From: Candidatus Nomurabacteria bacterium GW2011_GWD2_36_14 | Lineage (GTDB): Bacteria; Patescibacteriota; Minisyncoccia; Phycocordibacterales; UBA9973 | Length of the DNA stretch: 64,000 nucleotides | Assembly: GCA_000991405.1 (NCBI GenBank) | Contig: LBRL01000002.1 | Span: 7,583 to 71,582, forward strand | Direction of reading: 5' to 3' | Part shown: one piece after another, positions 1-10,173 of the stretch | Layout: every line of letters starts with the position of its first letter | How positions within the stretch are numbered: position 1 is the first letter of the stretch | Position numbers and translations under genes: made by a program | The notes under the pieces: model-generated | Database searches by the model: none | Seen by the model: only the letters and a program-made list of their open reading frames with translations | What the model was told of the DNA's origin: nothing

Positions 1-731
1 TCTACAAGCCTGACTGCATATTCTAAGACGTCATCATAATCCATGAGAGACATTTCCTTCTTCTTCTGTTCGTATAATTTGTAGAATTCGACAACTTCAC
101 GAGTTCGCTCTAGTTGCTCTATCTTCTTTTCAATTTCTTTTTTAAGTTTACCCTTACTTTCTCCACGTGTTGAAATACTTTCGGGGTCTTCCTTTATATT
201 TCTAATATCTGCTTCTATGTATGAAAGTAAATCAGAATCCGAAATACGCTCACGCTTCAGTACAGAAACTAACTGCTTCAGGTCATTAAAATACATGGAT
301 GGATTACTTCTAGGACTAATATACTCCCAATCATTCTTGTGCAATATTTCATCTACCAAGAAGACAGCTTCATTGTCTGAGAGAAGTTCTGGCATTTGAG
401 GAAAGTCTAGAAGCTCGTAATGCTTCTCAACAAGAGAATTCGCGAAAGAGTGAAAGGTCGATATACTGACATTGCGAGCATCACTTCCAATATAAGATTC
501 AAGTCTATTCTTCATGGCAGAGACTCCAGAATTTGTGAAAGTCAGACAGAGAATACTATCGGCAGTTGTATCTGTCTTCTTTAGAATATTTCCAATACGA
601 AGTGCTAGTATCTGTGTCTTGCCAGTCCCCGGCCCTGCCACTACCATGACCGGACCATCGATAGTATCCACAGCATCCTTCTGTGCATTGTTAAGACTTT
701 TATATGAATCTTCAAAAGTATTATTACTCAT
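1..731 (-). CDS. UvrD/PcrA-like ATP-dependent DNA helicase, N-terminal part (gene continues beyond window start)
   Basis: Manual minus-strand translation from the ATG at 731 gives MSNNTFEDSYKSLNNAQKDAVDTIDGPVMVVAGPGTGKTQILALRIGNIL... Walker A (GPGTGKT) and helicase motif Ia are present. The frame stays open to position 1. Confidence 0.8.
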   Translation of the reverse strand, partial: MSNNTFEDSYKSLNNAQKDAVDTIDGPVMVVAGPGTGKTQILALRIGNILKKTDTTADSILCLTFTNSGVSAMKNRLESYIGSDARNVSISTFHSFANSLVEKHYELLDFPQMPELLSDNEAVFLVDEILHKNDWEYISPRSNPSMYFNDLKQLVSVLKRERISDSDLLSYIEADIRNIKEDPESISTRGESKGKLKKEIEKKIEQLERTREVVEFYKLYEQKKKEMSLMDYDDVLEYAVRLV

Positions 732-856
732 ATATTTATTATACCCTGTAGTGAATTTTATTAAAAATCTACTACGGGGTTATATCATTTATCTCCCTTC
801 CTCACATTTTTCACAGGTCTGACCTGTGAGATTGAAAAAGATGTGTTGTAATATTA

Positions 857-1642
857 TTATAAATTTATAACTTCTGCTGGTATACCAACCCCAAACCATT
901 CATTTTTAAACTTATTGAAAACTTCGCTTTCTTTGGTAACTAGAATTGAGAGGGTCTTATTGTGAGAGAAGAAGGCTTCTCGGTCGGGGAATTCTTCAAA
1001 ATATTCTTCCAAGTACTTAGGTATTAAATCTTCCTGATAAACCCAACTATTTATATGAGGGAAAACTTTCTTGAAATCATCTCTGACTATTCCATAATGT
1101 GTGCAAAGCAGAGCCCCACTTTCTACACCAGATGGTACAAAATTGGCAAATGAAGAGATGTACGAGAGAGTGTCTCCGCCGTTTTCTATAAGATGCGCAA
1201 GCTTGGGTAATGGGATCTTGATATAATTTCTTACATTTTCACTCAAGAATTTCTCATATACCTCTGACTCACAAGTGCGAGTCGTCGCAAATATTACAAC
1301 TTCCTTTTCTTTATCGAGAGACTCCACCGTCGGACGAACAATGCCGAAAAGGATTCGACCGAAATACTTCTCATCTTTCCACTCGCGAAGTCTGTCGTAA
1401 ATAGTTGAACTGATAGTGTTACAAGCAAGCACTACGCCCATACATTTCCTCTCTCCATATAGATAGTCGAGGGCCTTTGTAGCCAACGAGAAAAGTTCCT
1501 CATGAGTTTTATTCCCATAAGATACATTTAGCTGGTCACCAAGAAAAACGTAATCATAATCCCCCAATTTTTCCCTTAAATGCTTCAAAACCCACAACCC
1601 CCCAAGTCCTGAATCAAATACTCCAATACTACCTTTGTTCAT
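857..1642 (-). CDS. murI: glutamate racemase
   Basis: N-terminal GVFDSGLGGL motif and a second conserved Cys region (VLACNT), typical of MurI. Length 261 aa. Confidence 0.85.
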   Translation of the reverse strand: MNKGSIGVFDSGLGGLWVLKHLREKLGDYDYVFLGDQLNVSYGNKTHEELFSLATKALDYLYGERKCMGVVLACNTISSTIYDRLREWKDEKYFGRILFGIVRPTVESLDKEKEVVIFATTRTCESEVYEKFLSENVRNYIKIPLPKLAHLIENGGDTLSYISSFANFVPSGVESGALLCTHYGIVRDDFKKVFPHINSWVYQEDLIPKYLEEYFEEFPDREAFFSHNKTLSILVTKESEVFNKFKNEWFGVGIPAEVINL

Positions 1643-1747
1643 ATAATTATATTACCACAATAAAACTTTTTCTTCAGCCATGTGACAAAACAACAATTTA
1701 CATATATACGCCCCTGCGTATATATGTAAATTGTTGTTTTTTGATTA

Positions 1748-2464
1748 TTATTTAGTCAGATACGCTAGCCAGTAATCGCGTTTGTAGATGCGGTCACTGA
1801 AGGTGGAGTAACTTGTTTTCTTCTCTAGGTGTAAAATTTTGAAATATTTGCTGTACATTTTGATAAAGTCATCTCGTGAGAATACTCTCTCTGTAAGTCC
1901 TATGTCTTTTATAATATATGTATCATATTCCCTCCCCGGACTAGCCTTCAGCAAATTCTTCACATTCTTGTTGCCATCTTTGCAAAGTGCTCGTACAAAG
2001 AAATATCCGCCTTCACCGCGACGTAGCCCTAGCGAAGTCGGGCTTTTCAAAACACGATTGACTTCTTCCAAGTATATTTCTCGCCCTTTTTCATTCAAAG
2101 AATTTGAGGATGTAATATCTAGAACTATATCTATAGAATCATCTGCTATATCATACTTCTCGCCTATGTCTCCTAGCCTATAATCCACCTCTACTTCCAT
2201 TTCCTTCGCGCGAGTTTTGGCTAAGCTAAGTGCGGTTTTGGCAATTTCTATGCCTATCACTTTATTCCCCAAGTCTGCCAAGTAGTTTGAATTCCTACCA
2301 GTACCACACCCAAGGTCAAGGATTGCTCTATCTTCTACTCTATACTTCCCTACTTTTTTCAGAAATTTTAAGAAACGCAAAGTGTCAGCTTGTGGTCCCT
2401 CTTTATTGGTCACAAACTTTTGGCTTCTGTATTCTTTATCCCAGACGTTACCTTGATGCGTCAT
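1748..2464 (-). CDS. class I SAM-dependent methyltransferase
   Basis: Motif I LDLGCGTGRNSNYLA followed by an acidic residue at the end of beta2 (VIGIEI). Confidence 0.7.
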   Translation of the reverse strand: MTHQGNVWDKEYRSQKFVTNKEGPQADTLRFLKFLKKVGKYRVEDRAILDLGCGTGRNSNYLADLGNKVIGIEIAKTALSLAKTRAKEMEVEVDYRLGDIGEKYDIADDSIDIVLDITSSNSLNEKGREIYLEEVNRVLKSPTSLGLRRGEGGYFFVRALCKDGNKNVKNLLKASPGREYDTYIIKDIGLTERVFSRDDFIKMYSKYFKILHLEKKTSYSTFSDRIYKRDYWLAYLTK

Positions 2465-2468
2465 TAAA

Positions 2469-2858
2469 TTAATGAGAATATTTGACTAAAGTTTTCTCTA
2501 TTTCTCCTACAATCATATCGAGATTCTCAGAAGCTTTGATAACGTACCCCTTAACTCCTATATCCATGCCGGCAACGATAGCCTTACTAATGTCTTCAAT
2601 CTTGGAAAGCTGAGATGAGATCAGTATAGGAATTTGCTTGTCCAACTTCTTCTCACGAAGATCGTCTAGGAATTCCATACCTCCCATTCTAGGCATTAAC
2701 AAGTCAAGGATTATAAGATCAAGATTCTCCTTTTCTATAATGGCAAAACCTTCCACTCCATCCTTGGCATGGAAAGTCTGGTACTTTTCCTTAGGAAGAA
2801 AGTCCACCAATGTCTTTACAAAAACTTCATCATCATCGATAATTAATATTTTTTTCAT
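2469..2858 (-). CDS. single-domain response regulator (CheY-like receiver)
   Basis: KILIIDDDE... ILDLLMP phospho-acceptor region. No output domain. Sits 40 nt from the kinase gene. Confidence 0.8.
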   Translation of the reverse strand: MKKILIIDDDEVFVKTLVDFLPKEKYQTFHAKDGVEGFAIIEKENLDLIILDLLMPRMGGMEFLDDLREKKLDKQIPILISSQLSKIEDISKAIVAGMDIGVKGYVIKASENLDMIVGEIEKTLVKYSH

Positions 2859-2897
2859 ATAATAATTCTAACACTAACTAATAATAAAATAAATACA

Positions 2898-4670
2898 CTA
2901 AGAAAGGGGTATAGTAAAGTAAAATGTACTTCCAACTCCCACTTTCGATACTACGCCAATCTTCCCACCATGCTCTTCTACTATACTCTTCGCAATTACG
3001 AGCCCTAATCCTGTACCTTTCTTCTTTGGAACTTTGTCTTTCGTATCTAATTGCTTGAATTTACTGAAAATATCCTTGGTATTCTTTTCCTCTATGCCTA
3101 TGCCGTTGTCGGCCACAAGAATGACCAAGAAGGACCCCTCACCAAGATTCTCTGGTATACCGTTTGGAGATTGATAGCCTGCCACCTTGGCTTCTGCCCT
3201 TACATCTTTGCCATTTTCATGCAAGAAGGTTACGACATTCACAGCTCCATCTTTATTTGTATATTTGAGAGCGTTTGAGATGAGGTTGTTGATAACGTGC
3301 TCCACTCCTTCAGAATCAAACATGACCTTGGAAGGAATACCTGTGCCAAAAGAAGATTCAAGCTTGATCCCAGAACTCATGGCTGTAACAGAGTAGAAGC
3401 TGACTCTATCGGTAACTACTTTGACGAAGTCTCCTTCCTTCTTCACAATATCAAACTTGCCAGCTTCTATCTTGGCCACGTCGAGTATGTCGTTTACTAT
3501 TTCTAACATTCCTGAAGAATTCCTATATATAAGATTGATATATTCATCGAAACTTTCGCTGGTTTGCTTGATATCTTTATTCTTTAGAACTTCACTAATT
3601 TTCTTCACGCCATCGAGCGGGGAGCGGAGTTCGTGGACAAGCATAGATGTGAAGTCCTTGCGCAAATTTTCTATCTCGACTTCCGAAGTCACATCGTGGA
3701 AAATGACGACTCCCCCAGTGATACTCTCTACCCCTACTATAGGAGAGCTTCTGACGGGAAGCACAAATATCTGAAAGAACTTTTCTCCAAGTAGAATTCT
3801 TTCAGAAGAGTACTCCTTCTTGAGCTTCACACTTTCTTCGAGTCTTCCTCTAATGTCGAACTTGCCACCTAGGTTATCTATAAGGTCGAAAATGGTTACT
3901 TCTTTGAATGGATCTATAGAGAGGGCATTTCTCGCCGCTGGGTTTATAACCAGTATGCGATAGTCTAAATCCGTCATAATGATACCATCCGCCATTGATA
4001 GAACCATGGCATTGAGCTTACTTTTCTCCGTCGTTACGACTTCTTGAAGTTTAGTAACAGCAGAGGAAGCTTGGTTTGTAATCTTATAAAGGATAGTCAT
4101 TTCACTCTCTTTATATAGACCACTTTGCGTATCAGACACAGTTAAAACTCCGACAACTTTACCGCCAATGACAATCGGGATGTTGAAGAATGATTGGACT
4201 GGTTCATTGACCTCTTCTATCAAGATTGCTCCAGAGATTAATTCTTCGACTTGGCTCTCGTTAAATTCTTTCTCAAGAAGTGCTCCTAGGGACTTGAGCA
4301 TTCTGTCTCGAACCTCGTCGATAAATCCTCGATGCACTGACTTCTCCAAGTGTATTTTGAAAATGATTTTACTTGAATCCAAAAGCATGTAAGAGACAGC
4401 ACTGTACTCGATGAACTGATGGAGGGACCCAGTGATTACGTCCATAATCTGGTGCACATCGAGCGAGTAGCCGACTCTGTCCCCTAGCTCTTTGAGAATC
4501 GCTAGCTCGTACATCTTGCTATCCATCTCTTTGCTTCTTGCTTCTATGTTAGTTTCTTTAATTTTTATATCCCTGTTTAATTTAAGATTTTTTAAAAACA
4601 AAAAGACTGCTACAAAGAATACTAATGTAGTAATCAAAACTATTAAAGAAAAGAGAGAAATAAAATCCAT
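2898..4670 (-). CDS. sensor histidine kinase with N-terminal TM and GAF/PAS-like sensor regions
   Basis: N-terminal TM helix, H-box HELRSPL, and a C-terminal HATPase region with G-boxes (DNGIGI, GTGLGL). Confidence 0.85.
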   Translation of the reverse strand: MDFISLFSLIVLITTLVFFVAVFLFLKNLKLNRDIKIKETNIEARSKEMDSKMYELAILKELGDRVGYSLDVHQIMDVITGSLHQFIEYSAVSYMLLDSSKIIFKIHLEKSVHRGFIDEVRDRMLKSLGALLEKEFNESQVEELISGAILIEEVNEPVQSFFNIPIVIGGKVVGVLTVSDTQSGLYKESEMTILYKITNQASSAVTKLQEVVTTEKSKLNAMVLSMADGIIMTDLDYRILVINPAARNALSIDPFKEVTIFDLIDNLGGKFDIRGRLEESVKLKKEYSSERILLGEKFFQIFVLPVRSSPIVGVESITGGVVIFHDVTSEVEIENLRKDFTSMLVHELRSPLDGVKKISEVLKNKDIKQTSESFDEYINLIYRNSSGMLEIVNDILDVAKIEAGKFDIVKKEGDFVKVVTDRVSFYSVTAMSSGIKLESSFGTGIPSKVMFDSEGVEHVINNLISNALKYTNKDGAVNVVTFLHENGKDVRAEAKVAGYQSPNGIPENLGEGSFLVILVADNGIGIEEKNTKDIFSKFKQLDTKDKVPKKKGTGLGLVIAKSIVEEHGGKIGVVSKVGVGSTFYFTIPLS

Positions 4671-4687
4671 ATTGAAAACTATTTATT

Positions 4688-5014
4688 TTACTTACCGCCA
4701 GTTAAGGCTCTGGCTTCACGTTCGGCATTCATGAGAACCTTTATAGTAACAACAAACATTACAAACCAAATTATAAATACAGGAATAACGACGGCGACAC
4801 CTTTAGGAGAACAGTACATAAAGCCGGTACTAACAATACCGAGAGAATACATTTCTACCATCATAGTGTAGACCAAGATACGCACAACCTTACCTACTAG
4901 AGAACCTTTGACTAGAGCATATACATGCCTACCTTTGATAAACAAATAAATACTTCCTATTACTAAAACTGGCCAACCAACCGCTAATATTATTGTCATA
5001 ATTAAATTATTCAT
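4688..5014 (-). CDS. small integral membrane protein (3 TM)
   Basis: ORF with three hydrophobic helices and tight spacing to neighbours. No recognisable family. Confidence 0.4.
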   Translation of the reverse strand: MNNLIMTIILAVGWPVLVIGSIYLFIKGRHVYALVKGSLVGKVVRILVYTMMVEMYSLGIVSTGFMYCSPKGVAVVIPVFIIWFVMFVVTIKVLMNAEREARALTGGK

Positions 5015-5040
5015 AATTAATTTTATAAAATAAAACTTTA

Positions 5041-5310
5041 CTAATTGACCTTGTTTAGATCTGGATACTTTTCAAAGATCGAACCTAGGGCATTCTTCAC
5101 TATCATGCCTGATAGCTCCACATATGTGTTCACCAGTTGCTGGAGGACAACGTTGCCATCGCCTTTTATATCTGTGACGATACCCTTATCATCTACAGTG
5201 AGACCAACAACACTACGTGCTTTCAACAAAGCAATATCGGGGCCCAAGATTATCGACTGCCTAGCAATAATTTCTGTGATTATTGCAACATAACGAGTTT
5301 TTTCATCCAT
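5041..5310 (-). CDS. hypothetical protein
   Basis: 89-aa ORF in a compact minus-strand gene run. No motif recognised. Confidence 0.35.
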   Translation of the reverse strand: MDEKTRYVAIITEIIARQSIILGPDIALLKARSVVGLTVDDKGIVTDIKGDGNVVLQQLVNTYVELSGMIVKNALGSIFEKYPDLNKVN

Positions 5311-5413
5311 ATTTTAAATATTTTACTAGTTATAAAAACTAGCAATTAAAAAATTATTAATCGACTATTTTACTATCCTAATAATACCACAAATAAAGCC
5401 AAAACGGTTGCAA

Positions 5414-5938
5414 TTATGAAGTGCTTTTTGAAATTGAAAATTTAATAGAGTAAACAACCGCAAATATTAAAACAACAATACCCACAAAGTAAAAGAATGC
5501 TGATATTTGGTCGGTATATTGCAAAATATTTATAGATGACAATAAGTGATTCCAGTCATGATAGACATTGTCCCCTCCAAGTAGTGGTAGCCCCATCTTT
5601 ATGGCGTCGCCAGCATAAACGGAAATGTTTAAGAAATTCTGACCAAGCCAGAATAAGAGTAGTGATGAAGCAAAATAGTTTTCATTTCTATAAAAGTAAT
5701 ATATGAAAATGACTGGAACCAAGAGTTGCATCAGCGTCCCTCCTATAGTAGTAATAAAATCCCCAAAGAATCCAAAGACGACATGCCCCGCTTCATGAAA
5801 TATTAAATTCACATTATCTATAAAATGCCAATCAGACAAACTGGTTAAATAATAAAACATGTATACAGTAATAATTATGACCAATACAACTTTGGTCCAA
5901 TTTATTGTTTTATTCTTATGTATTAAAGAATCAATCAA
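5414..5938 (-). CDS. small polytopic membrane protein with HExxH motif (possible minimal intramembrane metalloprotease)
   Basis: HEAGHVV lies within a TM segment and a later LPLLGGD segment is loosely reminiscent of the site-2 protease second motif. Otherwise unassigned. Confidence 0.4.
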   Translation of the reverse strand: MIDSLIHKNKTINWTKVVLVIIITVYMFYYLTSLSDWHFIDNVNLIFHEAGHVVFGFFGDFITTIGGTLMQLLVPVIFIYYFYRNENYFASSLLLFWLGQNFLNISVYAGDAIKMGLPLLGGDNVYHDWNHLLSSINILQYTDQISAFFYFVGIVVLIFAVVYSIKFSISKSTS

Positions 5939-5971
5939 GTTATTTTAATAAATTATTATAAGTACATTTTA

Positions 5972-6568
5972 TCACGACTTAAAATTTCTATCCATTTCAC
6001 TAATAAAATATTCTCTAGCTTCTTTGTCTTGTATACATCCTCCTACGTAACTATGAGTCCATCCACGATCTTTAAGCTGTTGGTTTATTAATTCTTTATT
6101 ATCGAAAAGCTCTCCTATATCTATAAGTACTATTTGTCCATCGTTATCCAAACCATAATTCTTTGTAATATTGAAACCTTTGTCTATTACACCAAGGTTT
6201 AACAATTTTAAATTAAATTCAATAAATAAGTCTATTATCTTTTTAGCTTCTTCTGTATTTGAACTTTCAAATACTTCGTGTAATGGACTTACTTTATCTT
6301 GTTCAAAATCATACTTATTAATAAACCTTGGATTTGCCATCCATTCTTGTGGAATATTAACTCTTTTCATTATTTCAAATGATTCATCCGCCTTTCTTTT
6401 CACATCTTTAATAAAGCTAGGAATTTCAAAAAGTGAATCTTTATCAAATGGAAAGATATCTCTTAATATTACAAAATAAGCTTTTGTCCAAGAATGAAAT
6501 TTCTTAAAAACTCTTCCGTTTTCTAAATCATATGTTGTATATTGCCATCCTTGTCCAATCTTTTTCAT
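5972..6568 (-). CDS. hypothetical protein with kinase-like glycine loop
   Basis: KIGQGWQYTTYDLENGRVFKK resembles the GxGxxG...K nucleotide-binding loop of protein-kinase-like folds, and there is a later LIDIGE. Weak evidence. Confidence 0.4.
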   Translation of the reverse strand: MKKIGQGWQYTTYDLENGRVFKKFHSWTKAYFVILRDIFPFDKDSLFEIPSFIKDVKRKADESFEIMKRVNIPQEWMANPRFINKYDFEQDKVSPLHEVFESSNTEEAKKIIDLFIEFNLKLLNLGVIDKGFNITKNYGLDNDGQIVLIDIGELFDNKELINQQLKDRGWTHSYVGGCIQDKEAREYFISEMDRNFKS

Positions 6569-6620
6569 GATTTTATTATAACAAAACCATAGCCAAAACT
6601 CCTAGGTAAGAGTCCTTAGT

Positions 6621-8042
6621 TTAAATTGTTTCCACCATTATCATATTGGTTGCTCCGCCTTTCTTCTCCCATTGAGAGCAGGTGGCTATGACCACTTTGT
6701 CTCCCTTACTGGCAATTTTATTCTTAATACAATAATTCCGAATAGCTTTGAAGACTTCTATATCTAAGGCAGTTTTATACTCATCTACTTTCAACGGCAA
6801 ACATCCAAAGGATAATGCTAGCTGATTGGAAGTGATTTGTTCTGAAGTTACTGCAATGATGAAGGCCTTGGGTTTATGACGAGATATCATGCGAGCAGTA
6901 AAGCCAGTCTTCGTAAGAGCCACTATTGCCCTTGCTCCTATGTTGTGAGCCGTCTTGACAACTGAGCCCGTAATAGAATCCGTGACATTTATATCCCCCT
7001 TATCATTTATATAAGAAACCTCTCTTTCTGGATAATTCTCTTCTATATCTAAGGCAACCTTGCTCATAACTTTCACTGCTTCGACTGGATAAAGACCTAG
7101 AGTGGTTTCTTCTGAAAGCATCACCGCATCTGTACCATCGAGTATTGCATTGGCAATATCGGAAACTTCAGCACGAGTAGGTACTGGACTCTTGATCATA
7201 GATTCAAGCATTTGAGTAGCAGTAATAACCATCTTACCAGCATCATTGCACTTCTTGATAAGCATCTTCTGTATCATAGGCACACGCTCGGCTGGAACTT
7301 CAATAGCCAAGTCGCCTCGGGCTACCATAAGTCCATCGCAGAGTTCTAGTATGGCATCAATATTCTTTACCGCTTGAGGAGTCTCTATCTTGGCAATTAT
7401 TTTAGCTTTTGACTTTCTCTTATTTAAAATTTCACGAAGTTCTATAACATCTGCTGGTGTACGAACGAAAGAAAAAGCAAAGAAGTCTACATGGTTCTTG
7501 AAACCAAATTCTATATCTTTCTTGTCTTTTTCAGTCAACGAACTGACTGAGATATCAGAATCAGGAAGGTTCACTCCACGACGCCCCTTGGTCTCTCCGC
7601 CGACAAGAATCTTGCAGAGAACTTCCTTGCCATTAATACTGACAACTTCAAACTTTTTCTTGCCATCATCTACCATGATCTGATCCCCTTTCTTCACCTC
7701 TTTGGCAAAGAGTGGATAGTTGATGGAAACCTTCTTCTCGTTACCAATTATTTGTTCAGTGGTGATGGTTATATTGTCTCCTGTCTTGAGCATTACTTTT
7801 TCTGTACTAAATTCACCAAGGCGGATTTTAGGACCAGATAGGTCTTGCATGATAGCTCCTCTTATCCCAGTATTCTTCATGGCGATCTTAAAATTATTTA
7901 ATTTCTCTTGGTGTTCTTTAAAATCGCCGTGGGAGAAATTGAGGCGCATAACATTGAGTCCAGCCTTAAGAAGCTTCGAAAGCATTTCCACTGAAGATGT
8001 CGCTGGGCCTATGGTTGCTACTATTTTTGTTTTTTTGATCAT
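6621..8042 (-). CDS. pyk: pyruvate kinase
   Basis: MIKKTKIVATIGPA..., MRLNFSHG and MVARGDLAIE signatures. Full length 473 aa. Confidence 0.9.
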   Translation of the reverse strand: MIKKTKIVATIGPATSSVEMLSKLLKAGLNVMRLNFSHGDFKEHQEKLNNFKIAMKNTGIRGAIMQDLSGPKIRLGEFSTEKVMLKTGDNITITTEQIIGNEKKVSINYPLFAKEVKKGDQIMVDDGKKKFEVVSINGKEVLCKILVGGETKGRRGVNLPDSDISVSSLTEKDKKDIEFGFKNHVDFFAFSFVRTPADVIELREILNKRKSKAKIIAKIETPQAVKNIDAILELCDGLMVARGDLAIEVPAERVPMIQKMLIKKCNDAGKMVITATQMLESMIKSPVPTRAEVSDIANAILDGTDAVMLSEETTLGLYPVEAVKVMSKVALDIEENYPEREVSYINDKGDINVTDSITGSVVKTAHNIGARAIVALTKTGFTARMISRHKPKAFIIAVTSEQITSNQLALSFGCLPLKVDEYKTALDIEVFKAIRNYCIKNKIASKGDKVVIATCSQWEKKGGATNMIMVETI

Positions 8043-8243
8043 ATATGATTTTGCAAAATTACCAAGTTTCGAATCTACTGATTCGCATGTCGCGTAAGTC
8101 GATTTGACGCGACGCTTAATGAATAATAAAAGGCCTTACGGAATAAGACCCAAAATTTTAACTGCGTGTATTATAGCACAAAATCATGCAAATTAAAAAT
8201 ACCCTAGAATATTAAGATTCTAAGGTATTTTTCATTCAGACTA

Positions 8244-8384
8244 TTATTCTCCTTGTATAAGACGAATAATTAATAATATAATTGCTACGATCAGAAGTAT
8301 ATGGATAAATCCCCCGATAATATTGAATCCAATAAAACCTAGTAGCCATAAAATCAATAATATAATTGCGATTGTTCCTAACAT
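8244..8384 (-). CDS. small membrane protein (46 aa, lmo0937-like)
   Basis: Manual translation gives MLGTIAIILLILWLLGFIGFNIIGGFIHILLIVAIILLIIRLIQGE. It is not in the ORF track because it is under 60 aa. A hairpin plus T-run follows it downstream at about 8203-8235. Confidence 0.4.
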   Translation of the reverse strand: MLGTIAIILLILWLLGFIGFNIIGGFIHILLIVAIILLIIRLIQGE

Positions 8385-8556
8385 ATAAATATAAATTTAA
8401 ATTAGTAAATATTTTAAAGTTCGACATTTTAAATTTCAATTCCTATAATCTCCTCATCATCATTTTTCTATTTATTTCCATACTTATATAGACGTACCAA
8501 GTTCCAAGTTATTACAGTCTTTAGCAAGAAATAATGTGTTATAATAAATTTTATAT

Positions 8557-9366
8557 ATGCCTGATTTAAATTTGCTTTTACACCTTTTGACCAAGTTCGC
8601 ATGGCTAGGAAACTGGCTATTCTTCACCTTATCCTTTGTCGAGTCGGCCCCTTTCATTGGTGTATTTATTCCCGGGGCAACTCTTATATCTGTCGGCGGA
8701 TTCCTAGCCTCTCAGGGAATACTCCAGACTTGGGACATAGTAATATTCTCGACACTAGGTGCTATTATCGGGGACTTCTTCAGCTATTCACTGGGACGAT
8801 GGGGTGGTAAGTGGATGAAGGATAAAAAGATTATCAACAATACTTTGCTTCGTCATGGAGAAAAGTTTTTCAATAAGTATGGCAACAAGAGTATCTTCTG
8901 GGGTCGCTTCTTTGGCCCGATTCGTGCCATTATCCCCTTTATTGCTGGTGTATCTAAAATGAAGCAAAGGCCTTTCATTTTCTGGAATGTATTGAGTGGG
9001 ATATGCTGGGCTCTACTGAATGTTTTCCTTGGGTATTTCTCTGGATCTCTGGTCGTCACTATATTCAAGAAATGGTCTAGTGGACTAAGCTTGATACTGA
9101 TACTTGTACTTACTATTTTGATTCTTTACTTTGTGGTCAAGAAGAAGGGTCAATCGTTAAAGATTTCCTTCCAGAAAGGAAGTCTCGACTTTGTCGGGTA
9201 TTTAAATACAAAGAAGTGGTTTCATAAATTCATCGCTCGCTATCACTTTATTTCTGACTTCTTCACTGAGAGCAAGTACCCAGCCGAAAAGTTGTTCGGT
9301 AGTTTCCTCATCTTTTCATTCTTGATATTTACTTATATATTGATACTGATTCTGGACGTTTTCTAA
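8557..9366 (+). CDS. DedA/SNARE-associated family membrane protein
   Basis: GRFFGPIRAIIPFIAG signature of DedA (VTT domain) and a polytopic membrane profile. Confidence 0.8.
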   Translation: MPDLNLLLHLLTKFAWLGNWLFFTLSFVESAPFIGVFIPGATLISVGGFLASQGILQTWDIVIFSTLGAIIGDFFSYSLGRWGGKWMKDKKIINNTLLRHGEKFFNKYGNKSIFWGRFFGPIRAIIPFIAGVSKMKQRPFIFWNVLSGICWALLNVFLGYFSGSLVVTIFKKWSSGLSLILILVLTILILYFVVKKKGQSLKISFQKGSLDFVGYLNTKKWFHKFIARYHFISDFFTESKYPAEKLFGSFLIFSFLIFTYILILILDVF

Positions 9367-9380
9367 GCTAGATTGAAATT

Positions 9381-9410
9381 AAAAAACACAAGGATGTCCT
9401 TGTGTTTTTT
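9381..9410. terminator. bidirectional rho-independent terminator between convergent genes
   Basis: The sequence aaaaaacacaagga-tgt-ccttgtgtttttt forms a stem with an A-run and a T-run on either side. Confidence 0.6.
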
Positions 9411-9428
9411 AATACGAATTAGAATCGT

Positions 9429-9995
9429 TTAGTTTAAAATAGATGGATTTGAGTTTGATTCGACAGGTAGAGTGTATTGCCTGCTAGGTATTGTACCGTT
9501 ACTGTTGAGTACTGTTACACTTAATTCACTTCCAGCTACATAGACATTGTCACTGTTTTCATTTAGGACGAAAGTCTGGTTGCTGATAGCGATCTTGCCT
9601 ATAGAGCTTGCCTTGGCTGTAAATGTAATGACTCCTACTAGCTTCTGACCTGTAAATCCACCGGGGAATCCTGCAGTCTTCATGATCATTCCGTTAGTAT
9701 TATCTATAAGGTCGTATCCATCGGCATTAATAGCTATCCATCCTGGAGCAAATTCGAAACTCTTCACAGCAATCTGTTCGCCCGAGAAGCGAACTGCAGT
9801 CCTCACAGTATAAGCCACTTCACCATTGGATGAGTCAGCATAAACATTGACCTTAAGATCACCATTTAGATTAGACTGAACAGCAGATGAGTCGAAGCCT
9901 ACAGTAGTACTTGCAAACGCAATACTACTAAAAGATAGCAAAGCAAAAAATGAGAAAACTATTGAAGCAATTACATTTTTAATATTTTTGTTCAT
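9429..9995 (-). CDS. secreted hypothetical protein
   Basis: N-terminal signal peptide (IASIVFSFFALLSFSSIAFAS). No recognised family. Confidence 0.5.
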   Translation of the reverse strand: MNKNIKNVIASIVFSFFALLSFSSIAFASTTVGFDSSAVQSNLNGDLKVNVYADSSNGEVAYTVRTAVRFSGEQIAVKSFEFAPGWIAINADGYDLIDNTNGMIMKTAGFPGGFTGQKLVGVITFTAKASSIGKIAISNQTFVLNENSDNVYVAGSELSVTVLNSNGTIPSRQYTLPVESNSNPSILN

Positions 9996-10173
9996 AAATT
10001 TATTTTAATTATATAAGATAAAGGGTTAAAATAACTTTTCCACATATCTTAACCTCACCTCCGTATTATATCACTTTGTACCATTTTAGTCAATAGCCAC
10101 TTACTTATTGAAATAATACTTATATTATAAGCATAAATACACAAATACTCCCATAATAGGAGTATTTGTGTAT

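Noticed and set aside
514-822. 102-aa plus-strand ORF
   Set aside because: Antisense to the N-terminal coding region of the UvrD/PcrA-like helicase (Walker A region), with low-complexity translation.
8236-8439. 67-aa minus-strand ORF (MKFKMSNFKI...)
   Set aside because: The out-of-frame 46-aa lmo0937-like membrane peptide on the same strand (8244-8384) is a more plausible gene. The 67-aa translation is Tyr/Asn/Ile-rich AT noise.
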